A DNA stretch of 64,000 bases from Candidatus Binatia bacterium (GCA_963666515.2 OY762897.2:3328001-3392000), one strand, 5' to 3'; shown: positions 21,631 through 31,759, numbered from the stretch's first letter. Notes: generated by a model not told the origin, from the sequence alone. Numbers and translations are program-made.

Positions 21631-21963
21631 CTACTTGGCGGTGACGTGGACGCCGCCGAAGGGTTCGGGGCGGTTGCCGTACAGCAGCAGGCGGCCCGTG
21701 CCGACGTTGGTGATCTGGTAGTAGTCCTTGGCCGGGAAGAAGACCACCTCGCCCTGCTCGATGATGCGTTCGCCACCGTTGATGTCCTTGACGCTGGCCT
21801 TGCCTTCCACCACCAGAAAGGTCTCCGGTTCCGCGTGAAAGTGCATGTCCGTGTGGTCGCCGGGCTTGAAATGCAGCATCCAGGTGCAGGACTTCTCCGT
21901 TCCGAAGAGCCGCGTGAACCGCTGCCCCGTGTCCGCCTTCTCCATAAGACTCGCGAATTCCAT
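21631..21963 (-). CDS. Cupin domain protein
   Basis: HFHAEPETFLVVEG...GEVVFFP...QITN. Confidence 0.8.
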   Translation of the reverse strand: MEFASLMEKADTGQRFTRLFGTEKSCTWMLHFKPGDHTDMHFHAEPETFLVVEGKASVKDINGGERIIEQGEVVFFPAKDYYQITNVGTGRLLLYGNRPEPFGGVHVTAK

Positions 21964-22142
21964 GGACGACCTCCCGTGTTCCAGGGTTCCCGGCGTTCCA
22001 TCCGGCTTCCAAGCCATTATCACAATCCGCCCGGGCTAGACAGCCGCCGGCGGACTGCTTCCGCGCTCCCACGGTTGCCTTGCCGCCCGGCAGCGTGATA
22101 CGGGCGTTAGACAAACCCCTCTGAGGAGACAGGAGAAATCCC

Positions 22143-23159
22143 ATGCGCGGCGTGATGTTCAACGGCAACCGAGAGTGCGAGATACGGGAGTTCCCGGACC
22201 CCCACGCGGGACCCGGTCAGGCGGTGGTCAAGATCCGCGCCTCGGGAATGTGCGGCACCGACCTTCACCGCTACCGCGGCGACGTGGCCATCGACGCCAT
22301 CACCGGCCACGAGCCCTGCGGCGTCATCCACGAGTTGGGCGCCGGCGCCCCGGCCGGGCTCAAGGTGGGCGATCGGGTGGTGGTGCACCACTACGAGGGC
22401 TGCGGCATCTGCGAGATCTGCGCCAAGGGCTTCGAGCAGGCCTGCCCGCACGGCCACGTCACTTTCGGCGGCGTGGACGCCCACGGCGCCAACGCCGACT
22501 ACATCCTGGTGCCGTCGCGCCTGCTGATCCATCTGCCCGAAGAGCTGTCCTTCGAGGGCGGCGCGGCCATCTCCTGCGGCACCGGCACGGCCTGGAACGG
22601 CCTCAAGAAGATCAACGTGGCCGGCGGCGACGTGGTGTCGATCTTCGGCCAGGGGCCGGTGGGACTGAGCGGGACCCTGTGCGCCAAGTACATGGGGGCC
22701 AAGGTCATCGCCGTCGACGTGGTGCCGGAGCGGCTGGAGCTGGCGCGCGGCTACGGCGCCGACCACGTCATCAACGCCAAGGACACGGATCCGGTGGAGG
22801 CTATCAAGGAACTGACCGGCGGGTTGGGATCGACCGCTGCGCTGGAGACCTCCGGCAACCCCGAGTGCCGCAGCCAGATCCTCAAGGCCATGCGCACCTT
22901 CGGGCGCTGCTGCTACGTGGGCATGGGCCCTCCGTCCACCATCAACTTCCGCGACGACGTCATCTTCAAGGTGGCCACCATCATCGGCTCGTGGACCTTC
23001 AACAAATCCGAGCTGATCGAGATCTGCCGCTTCATGGTGGAGGAGAAGGTGCCCCTGGACGACCTCGTCACCCACCGCTTCGCCCTCGACGACGCCGTCG
23101 AGGCGTTCCGCATCTTCGACAGCGCCACCACCGGCAAGTGCGTGTTCGTGCTGGACTGA
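22143..23159 (+). CDS. Zinc-binding alcohol dehydrogenase
   Basis: CGTDLH, GHEPCG, CGICEIC...C, GQGPVG. Confidence 0.9.
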   Translation: MRGVMFNGNRECEIREFPDPHAGPGQAVVKIRASGMCGTDLHRYRGDVAIDAITGHEPCGVIHELGAGAPAGLKVGDRVVVHHYEGCGICEICAKGFEQACPHGHVTFGGVDAHGANADYILVPSRLLIHLPEELSFEGGAAISCGTGTAWNGLKKINVAGGDVVSIFGQGPVGLSGTLCAKYMGAKVIAVDVVPERLELARGYGADHVINAKDTDPVEAIKELTGGLGSTAALETSGNPECRSQILKAMRTFGRCCYVGMGPPSTINFRDDVIFKVATIIGSWTFNKSELIEICRFMVEEKVPLDDLVTHRFALDDAVEAFRIFDSATTGKCVFVLD

Positions 23160-23196
23160 AAGCGGGGAAGGCTCTTTCGTCTCATAGTATGTATCG

Positions 23197-23206
23197 GGTA
23201 TATACC
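23197..23206. promoter_or_regulatory. Palindromic operator candidate
   Basis: GGTATATACC 5 bp upstream of the nucleotidyltransferase ATG. Confidence 0.4.
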
Positions 23207-23211
23207 AGTGC

Positions 23212-23676
23212 ATGTTCGTGGAGCAGGTGGTTTCCACCCTCCGGCGGTCGCGGGTGCGGTTCGCCATCGCCGGGGGGCACGCCGTGGCGCTGCACGGAGC
23301 GGTGCGCGGCACCCTGGACATCGATCTGGTGTTGACGTTGTCCCGTGAAAATTTCATCGCGGCCGAGAGGGCTCTCAACCGCATGGGCCTGCGGTCCCGC
23401 CTGCCCCTCGAGGCACGCGAGGTGTTCGATTTCCGCGAGGAGTACATCCGCAACCGGAACCTCATCGCCTGGAGTTTCGTCAACCCGGCGGACCCCACGG
23501 AGATCGTGGATATCATTCTCACCGAGGACCTGGAGACGATGCAGGTGGACATGGTTCCGGTCGGAAGGCTCCGCCTGCCGGTGGTGGCGGTGGCCGATCT
23601 GATCCGCATGAAGGAGAAAAGCGGCCGGCCGCAGGACGTCGAGGATGTTCTGGCATTGAGGCGCATCAGCTCATGA
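23212..23676 (+). CDS. Minimal nucleotidyltransferase (DUF6036/AbiEii-like), putative toxin-antitoxin component
   Basis: AGGHAV..HG..RGTLDIDL; LIRMKEKSGRPQD.ED. Confidence 0.8.
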   Translation: MFVEQVVSTLRRSRVRFAIAGGHAVALHGAVRGTLDIDLVLTLSRENFIAAERALNRMGLRSRLPLEAREVFDFREEYIRNRNLIAWSFVNPADPTEIVDIILTEDLETMQVDMVPVGRLRLPVVAVADLIRMKEKSGRPQDVEDVLALRRISS

Positions 23677-23948
23677 GACCCGTACAGTACTTCACGGACG
23701 AGTATCTGGAGCAGTGCAAACGGATGAAGCCTGCCCAGATACTGCGGTTCCTGGACGAATTCCGCAGGCTTCATTCGGGGAGAGGGCGAAGCGGCAGCCG
23801 CCTCATCAGCCTCAAGGTCCCCGAGGACCTGCTGGAGGCGTTCAAGGCCAAGGCCCGGCTGCACGACGTGCGCTACCAGACTCAGATCAAGCGCCTGATG
23901 ACGGAGTGGGTGGCTCTCGCTGAGCATACTCGCGGAGCACGCGGTTGA
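23673..23948 (+). CDS. CopG/BrnA-like ribbon-helix-helix antitoxin
   Basis: ISLKVPEDLLEAFKAKA....RYQTQIKRLM; ATGA overlap with the upstream gene. Confidence 0.75.
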   Translation: MRPVQYFTDEYLEQCKRMKPAQILRFLDEFRRLHSGRGRSGSRLISLKVPEDLLEAFKAKARLHDVRYQTQIKRLMTEWVALAEHTRGARG

Positions 23949-24189
23949 TCTCCGTTTGGTACCCACGTCCTCCTGGGGCGTTCGCCTTGAACCAAGCTAA
24001 CACGTCGGCATCCAATCTCAAGGTGATCTGTTGCTTCACCGGACGATAAAGCAGGCCGCGTTTGGTACCGGACCAGTCGAGAATCTCGGGTATGTCGGTC
24101 AGATTGATCTTCTCGTCCGGAAGGTGCGCCAGTGCTTTGATCTCTGCCTCCTGCTCCTTGTTCGGTGTTCTAGAAGTCGCCTTCTTCAT
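23887..24189 (-). CDS. brnA: BrnA antitoxin
   Basis: DIPE, YRPVKQQITLRLDADVLAWFK, GYQTEINRVLR. Confidence 0.9.
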   Translation of the reverse strand: MKKATSRTPNKEQEAEIKALAHLPDEKINLTDIPEILDWSGTKRGLLYRPVKQQITLRLDADVLAWFKANAPGGRGYQTEINRVLREYAQREPPTPSSGA

Positions 24190-24460
24190 AGGCCCTCCTT
24201 TCGTAGGCGGTGGCTTTTCGGGCACTGATGATGCGACCTACCTCTACTTCGGTTCCAGGCTCTACCCTGGGCCATGTGTGTGCCACGATCACGACGACGT
24301 TGCCTACCAGGCCGATGGTGTGCCAGCGTTCGTCGTCTGAATTCGGATCCGGCCGGTGGGCTGCCAACGGATCTTCGAACACTAGCCTGGCGGTATCGAA
24401 GCCGAGCCCGTGCTTTCGCTTGTTGGCTTGGCTCTTGTCTTCGTCCCATGTCCAGTGCAA
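24170..24460 (-). CDS. brnT: BrnT ribonuclease toxin
   Basis: WDEDKSQANKRKHG..F, ERW.TIG, RIISARKAT..ERRAYE. Confidence 0.9.
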   Translation of the reverse strand: MHWTWDEDKSQANKRKHGLGFDTARLVFEDPLAAHRPDPNSDDERWHTIGLVGNVVVIVAHTWPRVEPGTEVEVGRIISARKATAYERRAYEEGDF

Positions 24461-24473
24461 TGATCAGGTCCCG

Positions 24474-24513
24474 ATTGTAACTACAATATGATAGCTACAG
24501 ACCTTCTTGTCAA
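24474..24513 (-). promoter_or_regulatory. brnTA promoter with palindromic operator
   Basis: TTGACA-N17-CATATT on the minus strand, overlapping palindrome ATTGTA-AC-TACAAT (24474-24487). Confidence 0.65.
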
Positions 24514-24676
24514 CCAACGCTGCCCTCAGCCCAGAAAGGACATCTGACTCCGCCCCCTCTCAAAACATTGGCGCCCTACCCTCAACTGGTGATATCATCC
24601 GCCTCATCACGTCGAAAACGAACGGGTTCTCGCGTTCGGAGATCGTCCCCGTCTGAATCAGCCCGGAGGAACAAGG

Positions 24677-25429
24677 ATGCCCATCTGGCAAGAGTTGAGC
24701 TGGCCGCGGATCAAGGAGTGCGCGGAGAAGGGGTGCGTGGTGATCATCCCCATCGGCGTCATCGAGCAGCATGGGCATCACCTGCCGCTGGACACGGACG
24801 CGTTCTTCGCCCAGGAGATGGCCCGGGCGGCGGCGCAACGGGACCCGGAGATCCTGGTGGGGCCCACGGTGCCGTTCGGGTTCACGCCCAGCAACAAGAA
24901 CTTTCCCGGCAGCATCAGCCTCACCGCCGCCACCTGGACGGCGCTGATCCGCGAGATCGTCCGGTCGGTGCACCGCCACGGGTTCACCCGCATCGCCCTG
25001 CTCAACGGCCACGGCGGCCAGGTGGCGCTGTCCCGAGCCGCGGTGTCGGCGCTTCAGGACGAGGAAGGGATCCGCGTGGTGGTGCTCAACTGGTTCGGCT
25101 TGGTGGTCAAAGACATGGACCGGCTTTTCCCGGACGAGAACATGCCCGGAGGGCGCGTGGGCCACGCCGGCGCGGTGGAGACCTCCATCAACATGCACCT
25201 GCGAGGGGATCTGGCCGCGCAGGGCAGCCTCGAAACCCACCTCGGCCCGCAGATGCCCGACTTCGTGCGCCGGGTCGGAGGCTACATCCAGACGCCCCGT
25301 GAGGACCTGTCGCCCTCCGGGGTGATGGGCGACCCGAAACTCGCCAGTGCCGAAAAGGGCGGCGAGCTGTTCGAGTTGTGCGTGGAACGGCTGTGCGCGT
25401 TCGCGCGGGAGTACCGGGAGTCGGAGTAG
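24677..25429 (+). CDS. Creatininase family amidohydrolase
   Basis: GVIEQHGHHLPLDTD, NGHGG, HAGAVETS, SGVMGDP. Confidence 0.9.
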   Translation: MPIWQELSWPRIKECAEKGCVVIIPIGVIEQHGHHLPLDTDAFFAQEMARAAAQRDPEILVGPTVPFGFTPSNKNFPGSISLTAATWTALIREIVRSVHRHGFTRIALLNGHGGQVALSRAAVSALQDEEGIRVVVLNWFGLVVKDMDRLFPDENMPGGRVGHAGAVETSINMHLRGDLAAQGSLETHLGPQMPDFVRRVGGYIQTPREDLSPSGVMGDPKLASAEKGGELFELCVERLCAFAREYRESE

Positions 25430-25542
25430 CCGCCGCGACGGGAACCGGGACCTGCCCCGCCTCCGCCCGCCGCATATCTCGCAGGCTACCGCCCAATCTG
25501 GTACACACTGGAAAGTTCCATCAGGTCACAGGGAGGAATGCA

Positions 25543-25833
25543 ATGTCGCTTCGACTCATCGTCACCATCAACGCCGTCGAGGGGAAGGGCGCGGAGCTTG
25601 CCGACGCCTATCGGGGGCGTTGCGAGGAAGTCATGAAGGAGCCGGGATGCGAGCAGTTCGAGGTGTTCCGCAGCGTGGTGAACCCGGACAAGATGGTGAT
25701 CATCGAGCGCTGGGTGGACCAGGCCGCCCTCGACGTCCACGCGCAGGTGAACACCACCCGGCCGCCGCTCAAGCCGGAGCTCCGGGCCGGCGGCACCGAG
25801 CGCGAGGACTACGAGTACAACCGCACCCGCTAG
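25543..25833 (+). CDS. ABM domain (antibiotic biosynthesis monooxygenase) protein
   Basis: EPGCEQFEVF, IIERW..QAALDVH; GGAGG RBS. Confidence 0.85.
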   Translation: MSLRLIVTINAVEGKGAELADAYRGRCEEVMKEPGCEQFEVFRSVVNPDKMVIIERWVDQAALDVHAQVNTTRPPLKPELRAGGTEREDYEYNRTR

Positions 25834-25918
25834 CATCCTGTCCGGGTCCCGTCCCCAGTGAAACACGCTCCGGGGAACGCGGGCGGCGCCCCGCTCCCCG
25901 GCAGAAAGGTCGCCGTCC

Positions 25919-27100
25919 ATGCCCGCAGCACTCGAAGGCATCAAGATACTCGACGTCACCAACTACATAGCCGGCCCCTACGCCTCGCTCCTGCTGGCCG
26001 ACCTGGGCGCGGACGTGTACAAGATCGAGACCCCCGGCAAGGGGGACCCGTTCCGCACCTGGGACAAGGAGCCCAAGGACTACAGCCCGAGCTTCTGCGC
26101 GCTCAACCGCAACAAGAAGAGCGTGACCCTGGACATGAAGGCGCCGGAGGGCCGGGAGGTGTTCCTCAAGCTGGCCGGGGACGCGGACGTCATCGTTGAG
26201 AACCTGCGCCCCGGCGTGGTGGACCGGCTGGGCATTGGCTACGACGTGGTGCGCGAGCTGAACCCGCGCATCATCTACTGCTCCATCTCCGCCTTCGGCC
26301 AGGACGGCCCGTACCGGGAACGGCCCGGCTACGACACCATCGGCCAGTCCCTGTCCGGTCTCTTGAGCGTCCTTACCGACGTCGAGAAGCCCCACGGCCC
26401 GGGGGCGGCCTTCTCCGACCACCTCGGCGGCGTCTTCGGCTGCTACGGCGTGCTGGCGGCGCTGGCGGCGCGGGAACGCACCGGCGTCGGCCAGAAGGTG
26501 GAGACCTCGCTGCTGGAGTCCACCATCTGCTTCCTGGGGCTGAGCATGACCCAGTACCTCTTCAGCGGCGAGGTGCCGAGCATGCGCAGCCGCATCAAGA
26601 CCGCCGGCGTCTACGCCCTGGTGGCGGGCGACGGCAAGCCCTTCGTCATCCACCTGTCCCATCCGCCCAAGTTCTGGATCGGCGTCACCGAGGTCATGGG
26701 GCGCCCGGACTTCCAGACCGACGAACGCACCAAGGACCGCCCGGCGCGGGCGAAGAACTACGACTTCATCTCCGAGACCTTCGGCGCGGTGGTGCAGTCG
26801 GCGCCGCGCGAGCACTGGCTCGCGGAGCTGCGCGCCCGCGACGTCCCGTGCGCGCCCATCAACAACTTCGCCGAGGTCTTCGAGGACCCGCAGGTCCGGC
26901 ACCTGGACGCCCTGTGGGACGTGGACCATCCCGAGTTCGGCCCGTTCAAGCTGGTGCGCAACGGCCTCAACCTGCTGGACACTCCCATCACCCTGAAGCT
27001 CCGCCCGCCGACGCTGGGCGAGCACAACGAGGAGACCCTGACCGCGCTGGGGTACAGCGCCGACGAGATCCGCTCCTTCCGGGAAAGAAACATCGTATGA
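25919..27100 (+). CDS. CaiB/BaiF family III CoA-transferase
   Basis: LEGIKILD, AGPYA..LLADLGADV.KIE, NRNKKS, ENLRPG, PPTLGEH. Confidence 0.95.
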   Translation: MPAALEGIKILDVTNYIAGPYASLLLADLGADVYKIETPGKGDPFRTWDKEPKDYSPSFCALNRNKKSVTLDMKAPEGREVFLKLAGDADVIVENLRPGVVDRLGIGYDVVRELNPRIIYCSISAFGQDGPYRERPGYDTIGQSLSGLLSVLTDVEKPHGPGAAFSDHLGGVFGCYGVLAALAARERTGVGQKVETSLLESTICFLGLSMTQYLFSGEVPSMRSRIKTAGVYALVAGDGKPFVIHLSHPPKFWIGVTEVMGRPDFQTDERTKDRPARAKNYDFISETFGAVVQSAPREHWLAELRARDVPCAPINNFAEVFEDPQVRHLDALWDVDHPEFGPFKLVRNGLNLLDTPITLKLRPPTLGEHNEETLTALGYSADEIRSFRERNIV

Positions 27101-27134
27101 CGGGCGCCGCCTCCCGGCGCCCCGGCCGCCGCCC

Positions 27135-28247
27135 ATGAGCCCGCCGTCCACGAGCCCGGGCGCCCGCGCGCTGGCGGCGCTGCGCCGGAGCGTCTCCGAT
27201 CTGCGCCAGCGCACGCCCGCCATACTCACCGCCCTGGTGGTGGGCATCCCGGCGGGATACTTCTGCGACTGGCTCAACCTGCCCATCCCCTGGATGATCG
27301 GGCCCATGGTGGCCGTCGCCGCGCTCAACCTGCTGGGCGTCTCCATGGATTCGCCGCCGTACGCGCGCCAGATGGGCCAGGTCCTGCTCGGCTCGGCGCT
27401 GTCCCTCTACTTCACCCCGCCGGTGGTAACGGCGCTGGCCGCCAACTGGGCGGTAGTCGTGCTGGCGACCCTGTCTACCTTCGTGATCGCGACGCTGGCG
27501 GCCGTCATCCTGAGCCGGGTTTCCGGGGTCGAGCCCCGCTCGACCTTCTTCGCGTCGATCCCGGGCGGCGCCATGGCCATGGCCAACCTGGCCCACCGAT
27601 ACGGCGCGCAGATCGCGCCGGTGGCGGTGGCCCACAGCCTGCGCGTCTCCATCCTCGTGCTGGTCATCCCCTTCGTCCTGACCTACGGCGGCATCCCGCT
27701 GGAGACCGGCGACTACCGGCCCGAGATCCCCCTCGACTTCGGCGTGCTGGCGCCCTGGCTGCTGGCGGGGTTCGTGCTGGGCGAGATTTCCGAGCGCCTC
27801 CACATGCACAACGGCTATCTGCTGATGCCGATCTTCTTCGGCGCGGCCTTCACGGTGAGCGAGGTGCAGCTCTCGGCGGTGCCGGAGTGGATGACGGATT
27901 TCGCCCAGCTCATGTTCGGCCTCGTGCTCGGGGCCCGCTATGAACGGGCCTTCTTCGCCCGCTACAAGCTGTTCATCCCGTTCGCGGTGCTGAGCTCCCT
28001 CTTCGCCCTGGCCGCCTCGATGGTGGTGGGGCTGGCGCTGGCCTGGGCGTTCGGGCTGCCGATCGCCACCATGATCATCTCCACCTCGCCCGGAGGCATG
28101 GCGGAGATGTCCATCACCGCCCAGGCCCTGGGCATCGGCGTCCCCGCGGTCATCGCCTTCCACCTGGCCCGCGTGGTAGTGGTGAACATGGGCACCCAGC
28201 ACATCTACGTCGGCGCCACACGCTGGCTAGGGCGCGGCCGACCGTGA
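27135..28247 (+). CDS. AbrB family duplicated membrane protein (putative ammonia monooxygenase-like)
   Basis: LPIPWMIGP, PGGAMAM, PGGMAEM, duplicated architecture. Confidence 0.85.
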   Translation: MSPPSTSPGARALAALRRSVSDLRQRTPAILTALVVGIPAGYFCDWLNLPIPWMIGPMVAVAALNLLGVSMDSPPYARQMGQVLLGSALSLYFTPPVVTALAANWAVVVLATLSTFVIATLAAVILSRVSGVEPRSTFFASIPGGAMAMANLAHRYGAQIAPVAVAHSLRVSILVLVIPFVLTYGGIPLETGDYRPEIPLDFGVLAPWLLAGFVLGEISERLHMHNGYLLMPIFFGAAFTVSEVQLSAVPEWMTDFAQLMFGLVLGARYERAFFARYKLFIPFAVLSSLFALAASMVVGLALAWAFGLPIATMIISTSPGGMAEMSITAQALGIGVPAVIAFHLARVVVVNMGTQHIYVGATRWLGRGRP

Positions 28248-28288
28248 CCCACGGACCGCCGGTGGCTTGCGCCGCGCGACGGTACGGT

Positions 28289-28313
28289 GTAGGGGCGGGT
28301 TGCGAAACCGTCC
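28289..28313 (+). repeat. GTAG-type REP-like element
   Basis: GTAGGGGCGGGTTGCGAAACCGTCC imperfect hairpin. Confidence 0.45.
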
Positions 28314-28365
28314 GCGTGCGGCCCGCGTGATCGGTCGGCACACTCTCCCAACGGCAGGAGGTATC

Positions 28366-29262
28366 ATGGAAGAGAATATCCGGTATTTCAGCGGCCCCGG
28401 CTACGGCCTGTCCGCGGTGGTCACCATCCCGGACGCCCGCGACCGGTCGCAACGCCATCCCGGCGTCATCCTGTGCCAGGGGTACGCCGGGCTCAAGGAG
28501 GCGCTGATGCCCGCGGTGGCCGAGCGCCTGGCCGCCGAAGGGTACGTGACGCTCCGTTTCGACTACCGCGGCTTCGGCGAGAGCGAAGGGCCGCGCCATC
28601 GTCTGATCCCCCTGGAACAGATCGAGGACATCCGCAACGGCCTCACCTGTCTTGGCGTGCGCCCGGAAGTGGACCCGGACCGCCTCGCCATCTGGGGCAC
28701 CAGCTTCGGCGGCGCCCATGCGGCCTACGCCGCGGCCGTGGATGAACGGGTCCGATGCATCGTCAGCGTCGTGGGCGTCGGCGACGGCGAACGCTGGCTC
28801 CGCTGCCTGCGCCGCGAATGGGAGTGGCAGGCGTTCCTGAAAGAACTGGACGACGACCGCAACCGGCGGGTGCTGAGCGGCCAGTCCCGGCGCGTGCACC
28901 CCTACCACATCATGGAGACGACTCCGGAAGGCTGGGAGTTCTGGAAGGAGACCGTGGCCGCCAATCCGGAGAGGGGCGAGGTCGAAATGCCCCTGGAATG
29001 CGCCGACGCCATCATCGAGTACAAGCCCGAGGCCGTCGCCCACGAGATCGGGTGCCCGGCCCTCTACGTCTCCGCCGAGCTCGACACCCTCACCCCGCTC
29101 GACGAGCAGTTGAACCTCTACGAAAACTCACCCGAGCCCAAGGACTACGTCGTGATTCCGGAGGTCAACCATCACGACATCTACAAGGAGCCGCACCTGA
29201 GCCACCTGCTGGACCTGTCCGCGGCGTGGTTCGACGAGCACCTGAAGGCGGTGGGCGACTAG
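28366..29262 (+). CDS. Alpha/beta hydrolase (S15/CocE-like)
   Basis: FDYRGFGESEG, WGTSFGG, C-terminal His. Confidence 0.85.
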   Translation: MEENIRYFSGPGYGLSAVVTIPDARDRSQRHPGVILCQGYAGLKEALMPAVAERLAAEGYVTLRFDYRGFGESEGPRHRLIPLEQIEDIRNGLTCLGVRPEVDPDRLAIWGTSFGGAHAAYAAAVDERVRCIVSVVGVGDGERWLRCLRREWEWQAFLKELDDDRNRRVLSGQSRRVHPYHIMETTPEGWEFWKETVAANPERGEVEMPLECADAIIEYKPEAVAHEIGCPALYVSAELDTLTPLDEQLNLYENSPEPKDYVVIPEVNHHDIYKEPHLSHLLDLSAAWFDEHLKAVGD

Positions 29263-31571
29263 AGCGGCCTCGACCCCCGCAGCACCTCCAGCACCCGCTC
29301 CGGCCGGAGCGGCAGATCCTTCACCTTGGCGCCCCCCAGCGCGTTGGCCACGGCGTTGCCGATGGCGGGCTCCACCGGGCCGAGGGCGGCTTCGCCCATG
29401 CCCTTGGCGCCGAAGGGGCCGTCCGGGTGGGGATGCTCCACCAGGAGAGAGGTGAAGGTCTCGGGGTGGTCCTGCATGGACGGCGGCAGGTAGCTCAGGA
29501 AGGTGCAGTTGATGGGCTGGCCGTTGTCGAAGACCATCTCCTCGAAAAGCGACGAGCCCAGGGACATGAGCATGGAGCCCTCGTTCTGCAGGTGGCACTG
29601 GCGCGGGTTGATGGCCTTGCCGGCGTCCACCGCGGTGGCGAGGCGCACCACCCGCACCTTGCCGGTGTCGGTGTCCACCTCCACCTCGGCGGCACACGCG
29701 GACAGGAAGAAGAAGGCGGAAGCCTTGCCCTTGCCGGTGGCCGGATCGACGCCGCCGCGGCTCTGGAAGCCGGCGTTGCCGAACAGGCTGCCCACCGCAC
29801 CGCCGAACCGGGCGCGGAACAGGTCGCCGAAGGCGAGGCGCCGCTCGGGGACGCCGGCCACCTGCACGTGGCCGTCCCGCAACTCCAGGTCTCCGGGGTC
29901 GGCCTCCAGCTCGCCGGCGCCGATCTCCAGGAGCTGGTCCGCCACCTGGCGGGCCGCGGCGACCGCGGCGTTGCCCATGCTGAACACCGTGCGGCTGGAG
30001 CTGGTGGACTGGTCGAAGGGGGTCACGTCGGTGTCGGGCAGGGTGACGGAGACCCGCTCCCGGGGGATTCCCAGCACCTCGCTCACCATCTGCGCCAGGC
30101 TCGTCTGCACTCCCTGGCCGATGTCCACGCTGCCGGACAGGAGGGTGGCGGAACCGTCGGCGTTGAGCCGCAGGCCGGCGGAGGAATGGGAGGGCGTCAT
30201 GGTGGTCTTGATCATCACCGCCACGCCCTTGCCGCGCACCAGCGGCCCGGCCGCCCGGGGCGCCTGCTCCGCTCCGCCGCGCCACTCCACCGCCTGGGCC
30301 GCGGCCCGGAGACAGTCCTCCAGCCCCACCGCCTCCAGGGTGTCGCCGGTGACGAAGACGTCGCCGTCGTGGACCAGGTTCCGCAGGCGCATCTCCAGCG
30401 GGTCCAGCCCGAGTTGCCGCGCCATGTCGTCCATCTGCGCCTCGTAGGCCCAGCACACTTGCGGCACGCCGAAGCCCCGGTAGGGCCCGGTGGGCGGGGT
30501 GTTGGTGTAGACGCACCAGGAGGTGAGGCGCTGGTGCGGGATGCGGTAGGGTCCGCCGGACACCTCGCCGCCGTTGCGCGAGGTGGAAGGGCCGGTGAGG
30601 GCGTAGGCGCCGGTGTCGTAGACCGCCTCCACCTGCCGGGCCAGGATCGTGCCGTCGTGCTTGACGCCGGTCTTGATGCGCACCGCCGCGGCGTGGCAGT
30701 GGCCGGTGAGGAAGACCTCCTCGCGCGTGAGCTTCCACTGCACCGGCCGTCCGGCCTTGCGGGCCAGGGCCGCGGCCAGGGGCTCCAGCCGAAGGTGAAC
30801 CTTGCCGCCGTAGCCGCCGCCGACGTAGGGCACCACCACCCGCACCATGGACTGCGGCAGCTCGAACAGTTCGGCGAGCTGGACGCGGATGGACGAGGGG
30901 TTCTGCGTGGCGGAATGGACCGTGAGCTTGCCCGCCGCATCCCAGGAGGCGGTGACCACGTGGGGTTCGATGTGGCCGTGCTGGATCTTGGGGGTGGTGT
31001 AGGTGTCCTCGAAGACCAGGTCCGAGGCGGCGAAGCCCTCGTCGACGTCGCCGCGTCCGACGCTGTAGGAGGTGAGCACGTTGGCCCGGTCCTCGTAGTG
31101 GTAGTGGCCCTTGTCCAGGCGGCTCTCGGACTGCACCCGGGTCTCGTGGAGCACCGGCGCGTCCGGGGACATGGCCTCCACCGGGTCCAGCACCGGGGCG
31201 AGCGGCTCATACTCCACGCGGATGAGGTCGAGGGCTTCCTCGGCGATGTCCGGCTCTTCGGCCGCCACCGCGGCCACCACCTCACCGGCGTAACGGACAC
31301 GGTCCACCGCCACGATGGGCTGGTCCTTGACCACGGGTCCGAAATGAGAGTGGTCCGGGGCAAGGTCCGCACGGGTGAGCACCGCCGCCACGCCGGGAAG
31401 GGCCTCGGCGGCGCTTGCGTCCACGGAAACCAGCCGTGCGTGCGGATGAGGGCTCCTCAGAGCCTTGACATGGACGAGCCCCGGAAACTCCAGGTCGCCG
31501 GTGTACTGGGCGGCGCCGGTGACCTTCGCCGGCCCGTCCACCCGTGCCGCATTCTCGCCAATGTAACTCAT
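29259..31571 (-). CDS. Xanthine dehydrogenase family molybdopterin-binding subunit
   Basis: KVTG.A.Y, GGGYGGK, YRGFG, DIGQG, GAKGMGE. Confidence 0.92.
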   Translation of the reverse strand: MSYIGENAARVDGPAKVTGAAQYTGDLEFPGLVHVKALRSPHPHARLVSVDASAAEALPGVAAVLTRADLAPDHSHFGPVVKDQPIVAVDRVRYAGEVVAAVAAEEPDIAEEALDLIRVEYEPLAPVLDPVEAMSPDAPVLHETRVQSESRLDKGHYHYEDRANVLTSYSVGRGDVDEGFAASDLVFEDTYTTPKIQHGHIEPHVVTASWDAAGKLTVHSATQNPSSIRVQLAELFELPQSMVRVVVPYVGGGYGGKVHLRLEPLAAALARKAGRPVQWKLTREEVFLTGHCHAAAVRIKTGVKHDGTILARQVEAVYDTGAYALTGPSTSRNGGEVSGGPYRIPHQRLTSWCVYTNTPPTGPYRGFGVPQVCWAYEAQMDDMARQLGLDPLEMRLRNLVHDGDVFVTGDTLEAVGLEDCLRAAAQAVEWRGGAEQAPRAAGPLVRGKGVAVMIKTTMTPSHSSAGLRLNADGSATLLSGSVDIGQGVQTSLAQMVSEVLGIPRERVSVTLPDTDVTPFDQSTSSSRTVFSMGNAAVAAARQVADQLLEIGAGELEADPGDLELRDGHVQVAGVPERRLAFGDLFRARFGGAVGSLFGNAGFQSRGGVDPATGKGKASAFFFLSACAAEVEVDTDTGKVRVVRLATAVDAGKAINPRQCHLQNEGSMLMSLGSSLFEEMVFDNGQPINCTFLSYLPPSMQDHPETFTSLLVEHPHPDGPFGAKGMGEAALGPVEPAIGNAVANALGGAKVKDLPLRPERVLEVLRGSRPL

Positions 31572-31644
31572 AGAGAATTCTGTACTACCGTCATCAGTAC
31601 GGGAACAGTCAACGACAACCCGCTATCGTCGTTCCGGCCTCCTC

Positions 31645-31744
31645 CGTCATTCCGGCGAAAGCCGGAATCCAGGCGCGGGGAGGGGCAGACGGGAGTGAAC
31701 CTCCGCCCCACCCGTCCTGGATTCCGGCTTTCGCCGGAATGACG
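31645..31744. repeat. Inverted doublet (REPIN-like) of the GTCATTCCGGCGAAAGCCGGAATCCAGG palindrome
   Basis: Copies at 31645-31673 and 31716-31744 in opposite orientation. Confidence 0.8.
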
Positions 31745-31759
31745 ATGGCGGACGACCCC

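Noticed and set aside
31626-31744. Repeat-spacer-repeat as a mini CRISPR array
   Set aside because: The copies are inverted, dispersed through the window, and have no cas genes nearby.
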